DNA of 53,683 bases from a bacterium (GCA_030427365.1 JAUHWW010000003.1:1-53683); one strand, 5' to 3'; numbered from the stretch's first letter, positions 1-7,956 are shown. Made by a program: numbers and translations. The notes: generated by a model from the sequence alone, not told the origin.

Positions 1-21
1 GAATTGCTCCCGTGTCCCTCC

Positions 22-318
22 TTAAGATACCGTTACGTGCTGTGGATAGAATGCGACGTAATTCTTAAAGGTGTTGCCGACTTTTTCTTCTGATCCTTCT
101 TTTGGCTCAGCGTAATACCACGCGGCGTTGTCGGCTTTTATGTCACCATCTACCAGGTTGTAGTAGTTTGCTGTACCTTTCCAATGGCACTCAGTCGTTA
201 GATCAGAGTTTTCCAAAAAGGTCTTGTCGACCGATTCTGGAGGAAAATACTGATTTCCCTCAATAAATACTGTATTGTCACTTTCGGCAATTGTTTTACC
301 GTTCCATACTGCTTTCAT
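22..318 (-). CDS. DUF427 domain-containing protein
   Basis: 98-aa ORF with the DUF427-like pattern IAESDNTVFIEGNQYFP ... CHWKGTANYY. GAGAGGG Shine-Dalgarno upstream of ATG 318. Last gene of the ArsR-Grx operon. Confidence 0.7.
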   Translation of the reverse strand: MKAVWNGKTIAESDNTVFIEGNQYFPPESVDKTFLENSDLTTECHWKGTANYYNLVDGDIKADNAAWYYAEPKEGSEEKVGNTFKNYVAFYPQHVTVS

Positions 319-342
319 GCGTGATTACCCTCTCTTAATTAC

Positions 343-600
343 TTACGCTAGTCCCAATACGCTGTCGATACGTGCGCGGTCAAAGCCGAGCACTCCTTCT
401 TCACTGCCGTCTTCCTTCTCTATGACGGTGAATGGCACTCCGAGCTGGCCGCTTTTTTCATACAGTTCTTTTGCGATCGCTTGATCTTCGTCTGCTGCTT
501 TCACGTTGTACGTGATATTTTTGCTATCGAGATAGCTTTTTAGCATTTTGCAGAACCCGCAGGTCGCGGTGCTATAAATCGTGATACTTTTTGCTGCCAT
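343..600 (-). CDS. glutaredoxin-like protein (NrdH/YruB type thioredoxin fold)
   Basis: 85 aa. CGFC redox motif near the N-terminus and GVPFTVI downstream, typical of small glutaredoxins. AAGGAG SD 7 nt upstream. Confidence 0.8.
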   Translation of the reverse strand: MAAKSITIYSTATCGFCKMLKSYLDSKNITYNVKAADEDQAIAKELYEKSGQLGVPFTVIEKEDGSEEGVLGFDRARIDSVLGLA

Positions 601-610
601 GGTGTACTCC

Positions 611-913
611 TTATTTCGCTTGTATTAATTTGCTAATGTAGTCCATCACTTCATTGTTGTTTGAAAGCGCGTAACAGACACGTTGTCCGTCGCGATGTTT
701 CTCGACAAGTCCAGCGAGCTCAAAACTACGAAAATGCTGCGATATCGCCGAAACTGACACATCAAGACGGCCAGCAATGTCACTCACGCACATATTATTC
801 TCATGCAACATAATCTTCAGCATTTTGTAACGCGTTGTATCACCGAGCAGCTGCATAATACGCACTGTTTGCTGCTCTTGTTGGGAAAGTTGCTCTGAAA
901 CGACTGTGTTCAT
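611..913 (-). CDS. ArsR/SmtB family HTH transcriptional regulator
   Basis: Winged-HTH pattern LLGDTTRYKMLKIML..MCVSDIAGRLDVSVSAISQHFRSFELAGLVEKHRDGQRVCYAL. The ORF is open to GTG 934, but ATG 913 sits 7 nt after TGCTAAAAT, so the shorter leaderless start is preferred. Confidence 0.8.
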   Translation of the reverse strand: MNTVVSEQLSQQEQQTVRIMQLLGDTTRYKMLKIMLHENNMCVSDIAGRLDVSVSAISQHFRSFELAGLVEKHRDGQRVCYALSNNNEVMDYISKLIQAK

Positions 914-920
914 ATGAAGT

Positions 921-929
921 ATTTTAGCA
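921..929 (-). promoter_or_regulatory. extended -10 box TGCTAAAAT, 7 nt upstream of ATG 913 (leaderless ArsR)
   Basis: Reverse complement of attttagca. No SD lies between the box and the ATG. Confidence 0.45.
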
Positions 930-1009
930 AACACTTAAACATCTCGTCAACCGCTTGAGCTTTTGCTCATTTTTTGTCTCTGTTATACTTCTTATGGTTA
1001 CACAAAAAA

Positions 1010-1975
1010 ATGAAACATCTCGTACACAAAAAACACCATCCACATCTGAAGAAGCGCGCAATTATCGAATTAGTCGGCCTTTTTGGACTAATTACGTTCT
1101 TAATCTTCCAGCGCGATATCCTGCAAGTGTCGTTCGAGACAATCATCGAAGTCGAAGCACTGTGGTTTCTCTTGCTCATCGCGTGTTGGTGGCTGATTCT
1201 ACCCCTGACGGCGCTTAGCTACCGGCTCATCACACCAAAACCGCGTCGACTCAAATTAATCAAAACTATGCTGGCGCATTTGGCTGGGGCAGGTCCAGGC
1301 CGCGTCATACCGGGCGGGATCGGCGGACTTAGTATAAACTCGATGCACCTGAAAAAAACGGGACTAAGTATCGAGCAAGCAATTGGCGTTGTTCTGACCA
1401 ATAACATAATCGGAATCGCCGTTAATTTTGCACTCGTATTTGCAGCAGTATTTATGCGTCCGGAGACGCGGGACATCATTTTTTCGAATGTCAGCTCTAG
1501 CCAGCTTGTTGTTGCTCTCATCGCCGTATCTGGGCTAATCGTGCTTGTGCAGTGGCTCATGCACGCCCGCTCGACCCGCCGCGAAGTGCAAAAAACATCT
1601 CGCGAATGGCGGATGTTATTGTTCCGGCTTATTCGCAAGCCCGCCAATCTCCTCGGCGTTGTCTTGCTGGCATTTTTAATCACAGGGCTGCATGCCTTAA
1701 TGCTTGATTTCTCAGCATTCGCATTACTTGTAGACCTTAGCTACGCCGATGCGCTGATTGCTTTTAGTTTCGGTATGGCAATTGGCGGTATTTTGCCAAC
1801 CCCTGGCGGTATCGGCGGCGTTGAGGCGGGTATCACTGCAGCTTTACTGGTACTGGGCTACGATGCTGCGGCCGCTGCGTCTATTGCTGTACTATTTCGC
1901 GTCGCAACCTATTGGCAGCCTCTTATTCCAGGCACATTGTCGTATCTGTATCTTCGTGAGAAAAAGCTACTCTAG
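1010..1975 (+). CDS. flippase-like / lysylphosphatidylglycerol-synthase TM-region family membrane protein (UPF0104)
   Basis: Polytopic membrane ORF with the repeated motif PGG(I/L)GG(L/V)E (RVIPGGIGGLS and PTPGGIGGVEAG), characteristic of the TIGR00374/LPG_synthase_TM family. ATG 1010 is preferred over TTG 974. TGTTATACT -10 at 981-989. Confidence 0.7.
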   Translation: MKHLVHKKHHPHLKKRAIIELVGLFGLITFLIFQRDILQVSFETIIEVEALWFLLLIACWWLILPLTALSYRLITPKPRRLKLIKTMLAHLAGAGPGRVIPGGIGGLSINSMHLKKTGLSIEQAIGVVLTNNIIGIAVNFALVFAAVFMRPETRDIIFSNVSSSQLVVALIAVSGLIVLVQWLMHARSTRREVQKTSREWRMLLFRLIRKPANLLGVVLLAFLITGLHALMLDFSAFALLVDLSYADALIAFSFGMAIGGILPTPGGIGGVEAGITAALLVLGYDAAAAASIAVLFRVATYWQPLIPGTLSYLYLREKKLL

Positions 1976-2256
1976 GCACTTTTGTTTATTCGCGGAAATA
2001 CTATTTTCCCATGTACGTGCCGATCGACAAGCCAACCATGCACGCGGCTATCCGTGGAATGATCACGATTGTCGCCTTCTAAGAACACTTGACCATCTTT
2101 GTACTCTTTTATCCGTTTTACGACCTCGCGGCCGTTTTGGAATGCCAGCACAACATCCCCTGGCTTGTAATTACGCGCATGCGTGAAAATAACCAGCTGC
2201 CCCTGACGGAGGGTTGGTTCCATACTATTACCTTCAACTCGCCGAAAGAAAATCAC
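1972..2256 (-). CDS. sodX: Ni-SOD maturation protease SodX (S26 signal-peptidase-like)
   Basis: 94 aa. Catalytic-serine motif VEGNSMEPTL, GDVV and DSR motifs of the S26 family. Short size and position just downstream of sodN. GTG start. Confidence 0.75.
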   Translation of the reverse strand: MIFFRRVEGNSMEPTLRQGQLVIFTHARNYKPGDVVLAFQNGREVVKRIKEYKDGQVFLEGDNRDHSTDSRVHGWLVDRHVHGKIVFPRINKSA

Positions 2257-2447
2257 TTAGGCGCTGGCCAGGCCTTCCTGCAATCCAGCACAGCTGGATT
2301 CGCTGAAGACCTATTCGGGCTATAATCCGTTTTTCTCAGACCAATACTTGCCACACCGTACCTAATATACGACTCGCTGTGCTTGGCTGAGAGAAAATGA
2401 ATTCTATCTCCAAACCAGAAGCCTAAGACAGAACTAGAGTAAGTCAT
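2253..2447 (-). CDS. candidate 64-aa small ORF filling the sodN-sodX gap (hypothetical)
   Basis: ATG 2447 lies 2 nt after the sodN TAA. Its TGA overlaps the sodX GTG (GTGA). The open frame spans the whole 193-nt spacer. No SD and no recognisable motif. Confidence 0.3.
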   Translation of the reverse strand: MTYSSSVLGFWFGDRIHFLSAKHSESYIRYGVASIGLRKTDYSPNRSSANPAVLDCRKAWPAPK

Positions 2448-2449
2448 AT

Positions 2450-2839
2450 TTAGTGGTCGTGTTTTGACTTTTGGAAGACATCGTCGATTTCTTTGATGTA
2501 ATCGAGGAGTTTCTGGCCTTCGGCTGGATCCATTGATTTCTTGCATTCACCTGCCTGCTTCGTCGCTTCCCAGAACAGTGTATGCAGGTCTTCGTGCAGC
2601 TCGAGATGCTCAGGTTTAAAGTAGTCGGTCCATAGCACCCACAAGTGTTTTTTGGCCAGCTCAGCTCGCTGCTCCTTTAGGATAATGCAACGAGTGCGGA
2701 ACACCTCATCGTCAGATGCTTGATATTTCTCTGCGATTTTTTTGACACTCTCAGCCTCAATCCGCGCCTGAGCAGGATCATACACCCCACACATTAAATC
2801 GCAGTGTGCATATACTGGTTTGAATAAACGCTTAAACAT
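2450..2839 (-). CDS. sodN: nickel-containing superoxide dismutase precursor
   Basis: MFKRLFKPVYA|HCDLMCGVYDPAQARIEAESVK...KEQRAELAKKH...WTDYFKP closely follows Streptomyces NiSOD, including the leader peptide and the Ni-hook. GGAGG SD. Confidence 0.9.
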   Translation of the reverse strand: MFKRLFKPVYAHCDLMCGVYDPAQARIEAESVKKIAEKYQASDDEVFRTRCIILKEQRAELAKKHLWVLWTDYFKPEHLELHEDLHTLFWEATKQAGECKKSMDPAEGQKLLDYIKEIDDVFQKSKHDH

Positions 2840-2869
2840 AGGACCCTCCTCTTTTGATAATAGTATATA

Positions 2870-3493
2870 CTAAACTGGTTTAAATAATGCTGCAGCAGCT
2901 ATTCTTGCCTGACGCAGACTAAGTGGATTCACAAAACTTGCAGCATGTGTCGTGAAACGACGATCACTTCCCCAGACAATGTTCGTATGATTCAACACCT
3001 TTCCTGATTCGTGGTTTACAATTGCAGCTGCAAAGCGATACGGTTGTGCTTGTGCGGGCGTATCAATGCGCATTTTTTGCCACAGTTCCTCCATGTGCCC
3101 ATTTGTTCTTACGCCTGATCTCTGACTTTTGCCGATGAGCACACCTATACCGTACGCTGTAGCGTAAAGGGCCATAAGACGATCGGCTTCAGGTCGAGAA
3201 TCATGATTGACTCGAAAAAATCGCCGAGCTCCATCTGAAACAACAACTTCAGTACGAGATTTTTCTGCAGGATCTCTTCTGTAGGCGTAGATAGCGCCAT
3301 CGTCTGCCAACACATCTGAGGGAGATGGTAGGAAGCGCAAAGCAATACTCCTGCGAGCCATCTCATCACTCCCTATTTGCAAAGCTTGCCTTGCTGTCTC
3401 TAGGCTATCATCAAGTCTTTCATTACACATCAAAGCGACGACACCAGTCTCGCCAGTTATTCGTGGCCCGAATAAGTTCCTTACATTACTCAT
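2870..3493 (-). CDS. hypothetical protein (cytosolic orphan, coupled to trmD)
   Basis: 207-aa ORF. ATGA start/stop overlap with trmD. No recognisable motif. Confidence 0.55.
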   Translation of the reverse strand: MSNVRNLFGPRITGETGVVALMCNERLDDSLETARQALQIGSDEMARRSIALRFLPSPSDVLADDGAIYAYRRDPAEKSRTEVVVSDGARRFFRVNHDSRPEADRLMALYATAYGIGVLIGKSQRSGVRTNGHMEELWQKMRIDTPAQAQPYRFAAAIVNHESGKVLNHTNIVWGSDRRFTTHAASFVNPLSLRQARIAAAALFKPV

Positions 3494-4134
3494 CGTTTAT
3501 TCTCTTTCCGCCATTTCTCAATCTCTGCATGATGACCAGACAGTAACACATCTGGTACTTTCATCCCCTCAAATTCTTCTGGCCGTGTGTACTGCGGGAA
3601 TTCAATCATCTTGTCATCATCCTGAAAACTCTCAATAGCCGCCGACTGCTCACCGCCAAGTACGCCAGGGAGTAGCCGCACGACACTGTCGATTATCGTC
3701 ATAGCTGGCAGTTCGCCGCCCGTCAGGACATAGTTACCTATGCATATCTGTTCGTCCACCCACTTCGTAATTCGCTCATCGTAGCCTTCGTACCTCGGGC
3801 AAAAAATAATAAGACCACTTTCATCGCCAGCAAGACGCTTTGCATCTGATTGTTTATACAATTTACCTCGCGGCGTTGGCAACAATACCCTAGCTTTCGG
3901 ATCCATCTTTTTTGCATGCTCTATAGCGGCGAAAACAGGCTCAGGCCGCATCAACATACCATCACCACCTCCATACGGAGGAACGTCGACTTGTTTGCGA
4001 GGGCCAATACCAAATTGCCGCAAATCTATCAATTCAAACTGTACACCAGCGCGTTCTTGCGCCTTCCACATCATTGAACTGTTTAACACCCCTTCGAACA
4101 TCTCAGGGAAAAGTGTGATGACTTGAATCTTCAT
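3490..4134 (-). CDS. trmD: tRNA (guanine37-N1)-methyltransferase
   Basis: MKIQVITLFPEMF..., YGGG.GM and IICGRYEG-like (IFCPRYEGYDERI) TrmD motifs. 214 aa. Confidence 0.95.
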   Translation of the reverse strand: MKIQVITLFPEMFEGVLNSSMMWKAQERAGVQFELIDLRQFGIGPRKQVDVPPYGGGDGMLMRPEPVFAAIEHAKKMDPKARVLLPTPRGKLYKQSDAKRLAGDESGLIIFCPRYEGYDERITKWVDEQICIGNYVLTGGELPAMTIIDSVVRLLPGVLGGEQSAAIESFQDDDKMIEFPQYTRPEEFEGMKVPDVLLSGHHAEIEKWRKENKR

Positions 4135-4142
4135 CTAATAAA

Positions 4143-4151
4143 ATTATACCA
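4143..4151 (-). promoter_or_regulatory. extended -10 box TGGTATAAT, 8 nt upstream of trmD ATG (leaderless)
   Basis: Reverse complement of attatacca. Only TTTATTAG separates it from ATG 4134, and there is no SD. Confidence 0.45.
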
Positions 4152-4152
4152 C

Positions 4153-4184
4153 AATATAAAAACGCCTGCTAAGCAAGCGCTTTT
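4153..4184 (-). terminator. Rho-independent terminator candidate after the rpsP-KH-orphan transcript
   Basis: Minus-strand RNA AAAAGCGCUUGC-UUA-GCAGGCGU followed by UUUUAUAUU. The stem is 8 bp (2 G.U pairs) plus a U-tract. Confidence 0.5.
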
Positions 4185-4332
4185 ATAAACACATAAGGCT
4201 CCGAACTTAGAAAAGTCCGCTCGCATGAGCCCTATTTTTTAGATAGTCCAGTTTTAATTCTTGGGGGAATCTCGCAGTCGTAATAGTTTTGTTTTTATTC
4301 GACTTACCCTGATAGTAGCAGACGAAATCCGC

Positions 4333-4782
4333 TTATGCAAATGTTTGTGTCATGTCTAGCATCCACTGGCCCAACGCTGTTCTTCTTTGGGAGTATGAAG
4401 CTGCATCAAAAACTGTAATGTCATGGCCGTGTCTTCGCAAGGCAGCCTGAACATCTTCATGATCACGAGGTGCGGCAGTAAATACGGCCGTTCGTTCGGG
4501 GAGAATAACATCTGTTGCCGCATCTATAAGTAGGCTACCTGGATACCTAGCCGTGAGACTATCTCTGTAGCCTAATGTCGTTAATAGTGCGTCTCTAGAA
4601 TGGGCTGCGTGTACCCGAGGCACGGCCTTGTCAAGGTCTCGATAAATTTTGTAATCATCACTTGAAATATTTCGTGCATCGGCAAGAAACCTCAAGTAAT
4701 ACTCAAACTGATCCCAGACGCGGCCACATGGTACCCATATATGGATTCTTTGCTCACGCTCAAACTGGGCAAAATCACTCAT
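4333..4782 (-). CDS. hypothetical protein (cytosolic orphan in the position usually held by rimM)
   Basis: 149-aa ORF between the KH gene and trmD. No PRC-barrel or RimM motif seen. Confidence 0.55.
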   Translation of the reverse strand: MSDFAQFEREQRIHIWVPCGRVWDQFEYYLRFLADARNISSDDYKIYRDLDKAVPRVHAAHSRDALLTTLGYRDSLTARYPGSLLIDAATDVILPERTAVFTAAPRDHEDVQAALRRHGHDITVFDAASYSQRRTALGQWMLDMTQTFA

Positions 4783-4848
4783 ACACTCAGTATATGTGAT
4801 GATACAAAGCTAAACACGAGCGGATTAACCGCGAGAGATGCTTTATTT

Positions 4849-5352
4849 TTAAACGTCGAGGTCGTCGAGGTCAGCTAGCTCACGGCGGGTGCGCTCGACG
4901 GCTGACTCGTCGTCGTCTTCGCTCTCATCATCATCCTCAGATGAATCATCGTCATCGGAACCAGAATTCCAACCGTCACTAGATGTCTCTACTTCAGGTT
5001 CTTCCGTCGTTTCTTCAACTTCTTCAGATTCGCTATCAGCTGCCGCTGGCTTTTCTTCTTCCTCATCACGTCGGCGCTCTTCTCGCTCAGGCTTTGGCTC
5101 ACCGTTATCAACGATCTTTAGGTTGAACCGTGCTTCTTGCTTGGTGCCAAGCGCTCGCAATAGCGTACGCAGGCTCTGCGCTGTTGCACCACGCTTACCG
5201 ATAACACGGCCGAGGTCTTCTGGGTTGACGGTCAAAAGGAGCAGTACGCCCTTCTCATCGACTGTTCGCTCGACAATAACATCGTCAGGATTGCCGACGA
5301 GTGATTTAACAACATACTCAACAAATTGCTGGTCTATAGTAGTTTCTGACAT
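4849..5352 (-). CDS. KH-domain RNA-binding protein (YlqC/UPF0109-like) with long acidic C-terminal tail
   Basis: N-terminal approx 80 aa contain VIGKRGATAQSLRTLL (GXXG KH motif). They are followed by an approx 85-aa D/E/S-rich tail. Sits downstream of rpsP, as in many bacteria. Confidence 0.85.
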   Translation of the reverse strand: MSETTIDQQFVEYVVKSLVGNPDDVIVERTVDEKGVLLLLTVNPEDLGRVIGKRGATAQSLRTLLRALGTKQEARFNLKIVDNGEPKPEREERRRDEEEEKPAAADSESEEVEETTEEPEVETSSDGWNSGSDDDDSSEDDDESEDDDESAVERTRRELADLDDLDV

Positions 5353-5518
5353 ATTTGATAATTACGCGGCATTTTTTGGAGCGGTCATTTACCCATCTCT
5401 TCCGGCCGATTTGCTTATCGTATGCGATGATACGCCGACGCAAATCGTGCTCAGATATGAGCGAATGACCCTTGGCCAAAAAGTGCCACTCTCCTTCTAT
5501 TATTCTTTAGATTGTTAA

Positions 5519-6001
5519 CTATTCAGCAGGTTTTTCTTCAGTCTCGGCAGCTGGTTCTTCGGTTTTCTCTTCAGTCTTTTCAGCTTCAGGCTCAGCAGCA
5601 GGTTCTTCGGTTTTCTCTTCAGCCGGTGCATCTTCACTTTTCGCTACAGCGTCTTCAGCTGGAGCTTCTTCTGCAGCCGGCTCTTCTGGCTGATTGCGGC
5701 GTAGTTTTTCAGGATTACGCAGCTTCGCCTCGCGATCGGTACGTGGCTTCACGACCCAATCAGGCAGTTTTACTTTCTCGTTAGTAAGTAGAACTACGAC
5801 TCGCTCTGATGGCTGTGCACCATTCTCGAGGTAGTAAGCAACTTTCTCTTTATCAAGCGTCGTTGCTTTTGTATGCGGGTTGTAGTGACCAAGGCGTGCA
5901 ACAACTCGCCCACTCGTTGGGCTAAGTGCTGCATCCTGCACTACGACGCGATACTCTGGGTGGCCTTTACGGCCGACGCGCTGCATGCGGATTGCGAGCA
6001 T
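5519..6001 (-). CDS. rpsP: 30S ribosomal protein S16 with acidic repeat extension
   Basis: MLAIRMQRVGRKGHPEYRVVV...ARLGHYNP is canonical S16. The C-terminal approx 70 aa are repetitive (EEPAAE/EKTEE). AGGAGA SD. Confidence 0.95.
   Translation of the reverse strand: MLAIRMQRVGRKGHPEYRVVVQDAALSPTSGRVVARLGHYNPHTKATTLDKEKVAYYLENGAQPSERVVVLLTNEKVKLPDWVVKPRTDREAKLRNPEKLRRNQPEEPAAEEAPAEDAVAKSEDAPAEEKTEEPAAEPEAEKTEEKTEEPAAETEEKPAE
5553..5622. repeat. exact 22-nt direct repeat (ggttcttcggttttctcttcag) 48 nt apart inside the rpsP tail
   Basis: Copies at 5553-5574 and 5601-5622. They encode the repeated EKTEEPAAE unit. Confidence 0.8.
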
Positions 6002-6121
6002 GTATCTGTAATCTCCTATTAGATGCCGGACGATAACTGACTAACTGTCGTTTTATGGTCGTCTCTGCAATTACTTTCTATTAGTCGTTCATTATACTAA
6101 CAGAGGTAGAGAATGTCAATC

Positions 6122-6811
6122 CTACTTCAATGCTTTTTCAGCGGCGGCGACTTGCGCAGCCTGTTTCGATGGACCTTGCCCCTTAGCGCGCAGCTCATCA
6201 TTGACGAAGACACCAACGGTGAAGGTTTTATCATGATCAGGTCCGTCTTCATCCATGACGCGGTATTGCGGTGTATACCCCTCTTCACTCTGTACAACCT
6301 CTTGGTATTGGCTTTTTGGATCCTGCCACGAGCCGGTCTTCAGGATGTCATCAAAGGTAACGAGCAATGTGCGTTCAATGAACTTTTTCGCTTCATCGTA
6401 GCCTTGATCGAGGTAAATCGCACCAATCACTGCTTCATATGCATTGGCCAGTATCTGCAGGCGGGCGCGCTCAGAATTAGCCTTCTTCTCGCCGCGCGAC
6501 AAGCGCAGCAGCGGTTCAAACCCACTATTTGCCGCAGCCTCACCGATACTCTCGGTGCGCACCAGTGCGCTGCGCCAGTTCGTTAAGATTCCTTCTGCTT
6601 CGTCGTATTCATCATAGAGAAACCGCGTGACGACCAACTCCAACACTGCGTCACCGAGAAATTCAAGGCGCTCGTTATGTTCTTTGGTCGACTTTTTGTG
6701 CTCGTTGACATAGCTGCGGTGCGTAAACGCCGTTACGAGCAACATGATGTCATTAAATGTCAGTTTAAGAGCTGACTGTGCAAAGTCAGCATATGGTTGC
6801 GTTTGAATCAT
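6122..6811 (-). CDS. rnc: ribonuclease III
   Basis: AFTHRSY ... ERLEFLGDAVLELVV RNase III signature plus a C-terminal dsRBD (GPDHDKTF...GQGPSKQAAQVAAAEKAL). The ORF is open to GTG 6865. ATG 6811 gives the usual N-terminal length. Confidence 0.9.
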   Translation of the reverse strand: MIQTQPYADFAQSALKLTFNDIMLLVTAFTHRSYVNEHKKSTKEHNERLEFLGDAVLELVVTRFLYDEYDEAEGILTNWRSALVRTESIGEAAANSGFEPLLRLSRGEKKANSERARLQILANAYEAVIGAIYLDQGYDEAKKFIERTLLVTFDDILKTGSWQDPKSQYQEVVQSEEGYTPQYRVMDEDGPDHDKTFTVGVFVNDELRAKGQGPSKQAAQVAAAEKALK

Positions 6812-6897
6812 TGGTTTTGTTAGTCGTTGTTCGTAGCTTGTATCTAAGCCGTCCGGGCAGCCCACATACGAATTACTAACAACTGAGTACTATCTCC

Positions 6898-7398
6898 TTA
6901 TACTTTATGTTCTCGAATCAATTTTAATGCTTTTAAGATCAGTTTCGCAATATCTTCATACTCAATCTTCTCCAGCGCATCGTTGACCGGCATCCATTCA
7001 ATGCCTTTCATCCACTCTTCCGGCTTGAGTGCATCGCTGTCCTTCGTCGCTCCCACCAGATAAATTTCGGTGGTCATAAGCACCAGACTTTGCTGTCGAC
7101 GATAACGAAAATTAATCTTACCAAGCCAATGCTGGATTTTCACATGCTGCAAGCCCGTTTCCTCATTGATTTCACGCACCGCCGTCTCTTTCGCGTTTTC
7201 GCCTTCTTCGATATGACCCTTTGGAATCGTCCAGCGATCCTTCGCGTCCTGAATGAGCAGAATTTCTACGCTTTTACCGTCTGAGCCGCGCCGCCACACC
7301 ACGCCGCCAGCGGTTGGCTCCTTGACGACCTCGTTGATAGCCGGCCGTTTCCGCACGATATTCTTAAATGCTTTTAGTGGCTTTGGGCGCTTCATCAT
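6898..7398 (-). CDS. NUDIX hydrolase
   Basis: Nudix box GHIEEGENAKETAVREINEETGL. 1-nt overlap with the nusB stop. Confidence 0.85.
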   Translation of the reverse strand: MMKRPKPLKAFKNIVRKRPAINEVVKEPTAGGVVWRRGSDGKSVEILLIQDAKDRWTIPKGHIEEGENAKETAVREINEETGLQHVKIQHWLGKINFRYRRQQSLVLMTTEIYLVGATKDSDALKPEEWMKGIEWMPVNDALEKIEYEDIAKLILKALKLIREHKV

Positions 7399-7904
7399 TA
7401 CTTCGACTTCTTCTTCGTCTTCTTGGTAACTGGTTTCTCTGCCTTTGGCTTATGCTGCGCTTTTGTCTCATCAACGAGGCCGAGTTTCTTAGCGGCAGTG
7501 CCGAGCACCCCGTTCACAAACTTACTCGAGTTATCAGCACCAAAGCTCTTAGCGAGCTCCACGCCCTCGTTGATAATGACCTTTATTGGCACGCTATCAC
7601 TTGAGTGCTGCATTTCCCAGACGCTCATTCGCAAAATTGTGCGGTCAATGCGCGCAATCTGGTCGAGCGGCCAATCTGGTGCGAGGGGTTGCAAAAATGT
7701 ATCGAGTTCAGAAGCAGCTTCGAGCACACCGTTAATAAGCGCCTCGACGAACTCCTTATCCTCGACAACCTCGCTGTAGCGAGATATGTTGCGATCAATA
7801 ACGGCGGCAATATCGAGGTCTTCTTCCGCCACAGCAATTCGAAAATCGAGCTCATACAGCGTCTGCAGTGCAACGATTCTTCCTAAGTGTCGGTTTGAAG
7901 CCAT
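7398..7904 (-). CDS. nusB: transcription antitermination factor NusB (basic C-terminal tail)
   Basis: N-terminal R...ALQ.LYE pattern (RIVALQTLYELDF) and a helical NusB-length core, plus a K-rich tail. Confidence 0.85.
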   Translation of the reverse strand: MASNRHLGRIVALQTLYELDFRIAVAEEDLDIAAVIDRNISRYSEVVEDKEFVEALINGVLEAASELDTFLQPLAPDWPLDQIARIDRTILRMSVWEMQHSSDSVPIKVIINEGVELAKSFGADNSSKFVNGVLGTAAKKLGLVDETKAQHKPKAEKPVTKKTKKKSK

Positions 7905-7956
7905 TCGATTGCCCCTATCCTATACGTGTTAATAAATTGTAAATGTTTCGCGATTA

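Noticed and set aside
2257-2449. SRP (4.5S) RNA or a known riboswitch in the sodN-sodX gap
   Set aside because: I could not find the conserved SRP helix-8 motifs (GGAA/AGCA tetraloop context) or any riboswitch core I recognise. It is kept only as an unassigned hairpin-containing spacer or small-ORF candidate.
4889-5518. 209-aa Ser-rich ORF on the plus strand
   Set aside because: It is the antisense reading of the GA-rich codons of the KH protein's acidic tail. It has no start context, and the minus-strand gene has a clear KH motif and operon context.
5519-5700. Possible CRISPR-like or tandem repeat array
   Set aside because: The repeats are in-frame coding repeats of the S16 tail (48-nt period, imperfect). 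There is no spacer/repeat architecture and no cas genes. The same reasoning applies to 52270-52452.
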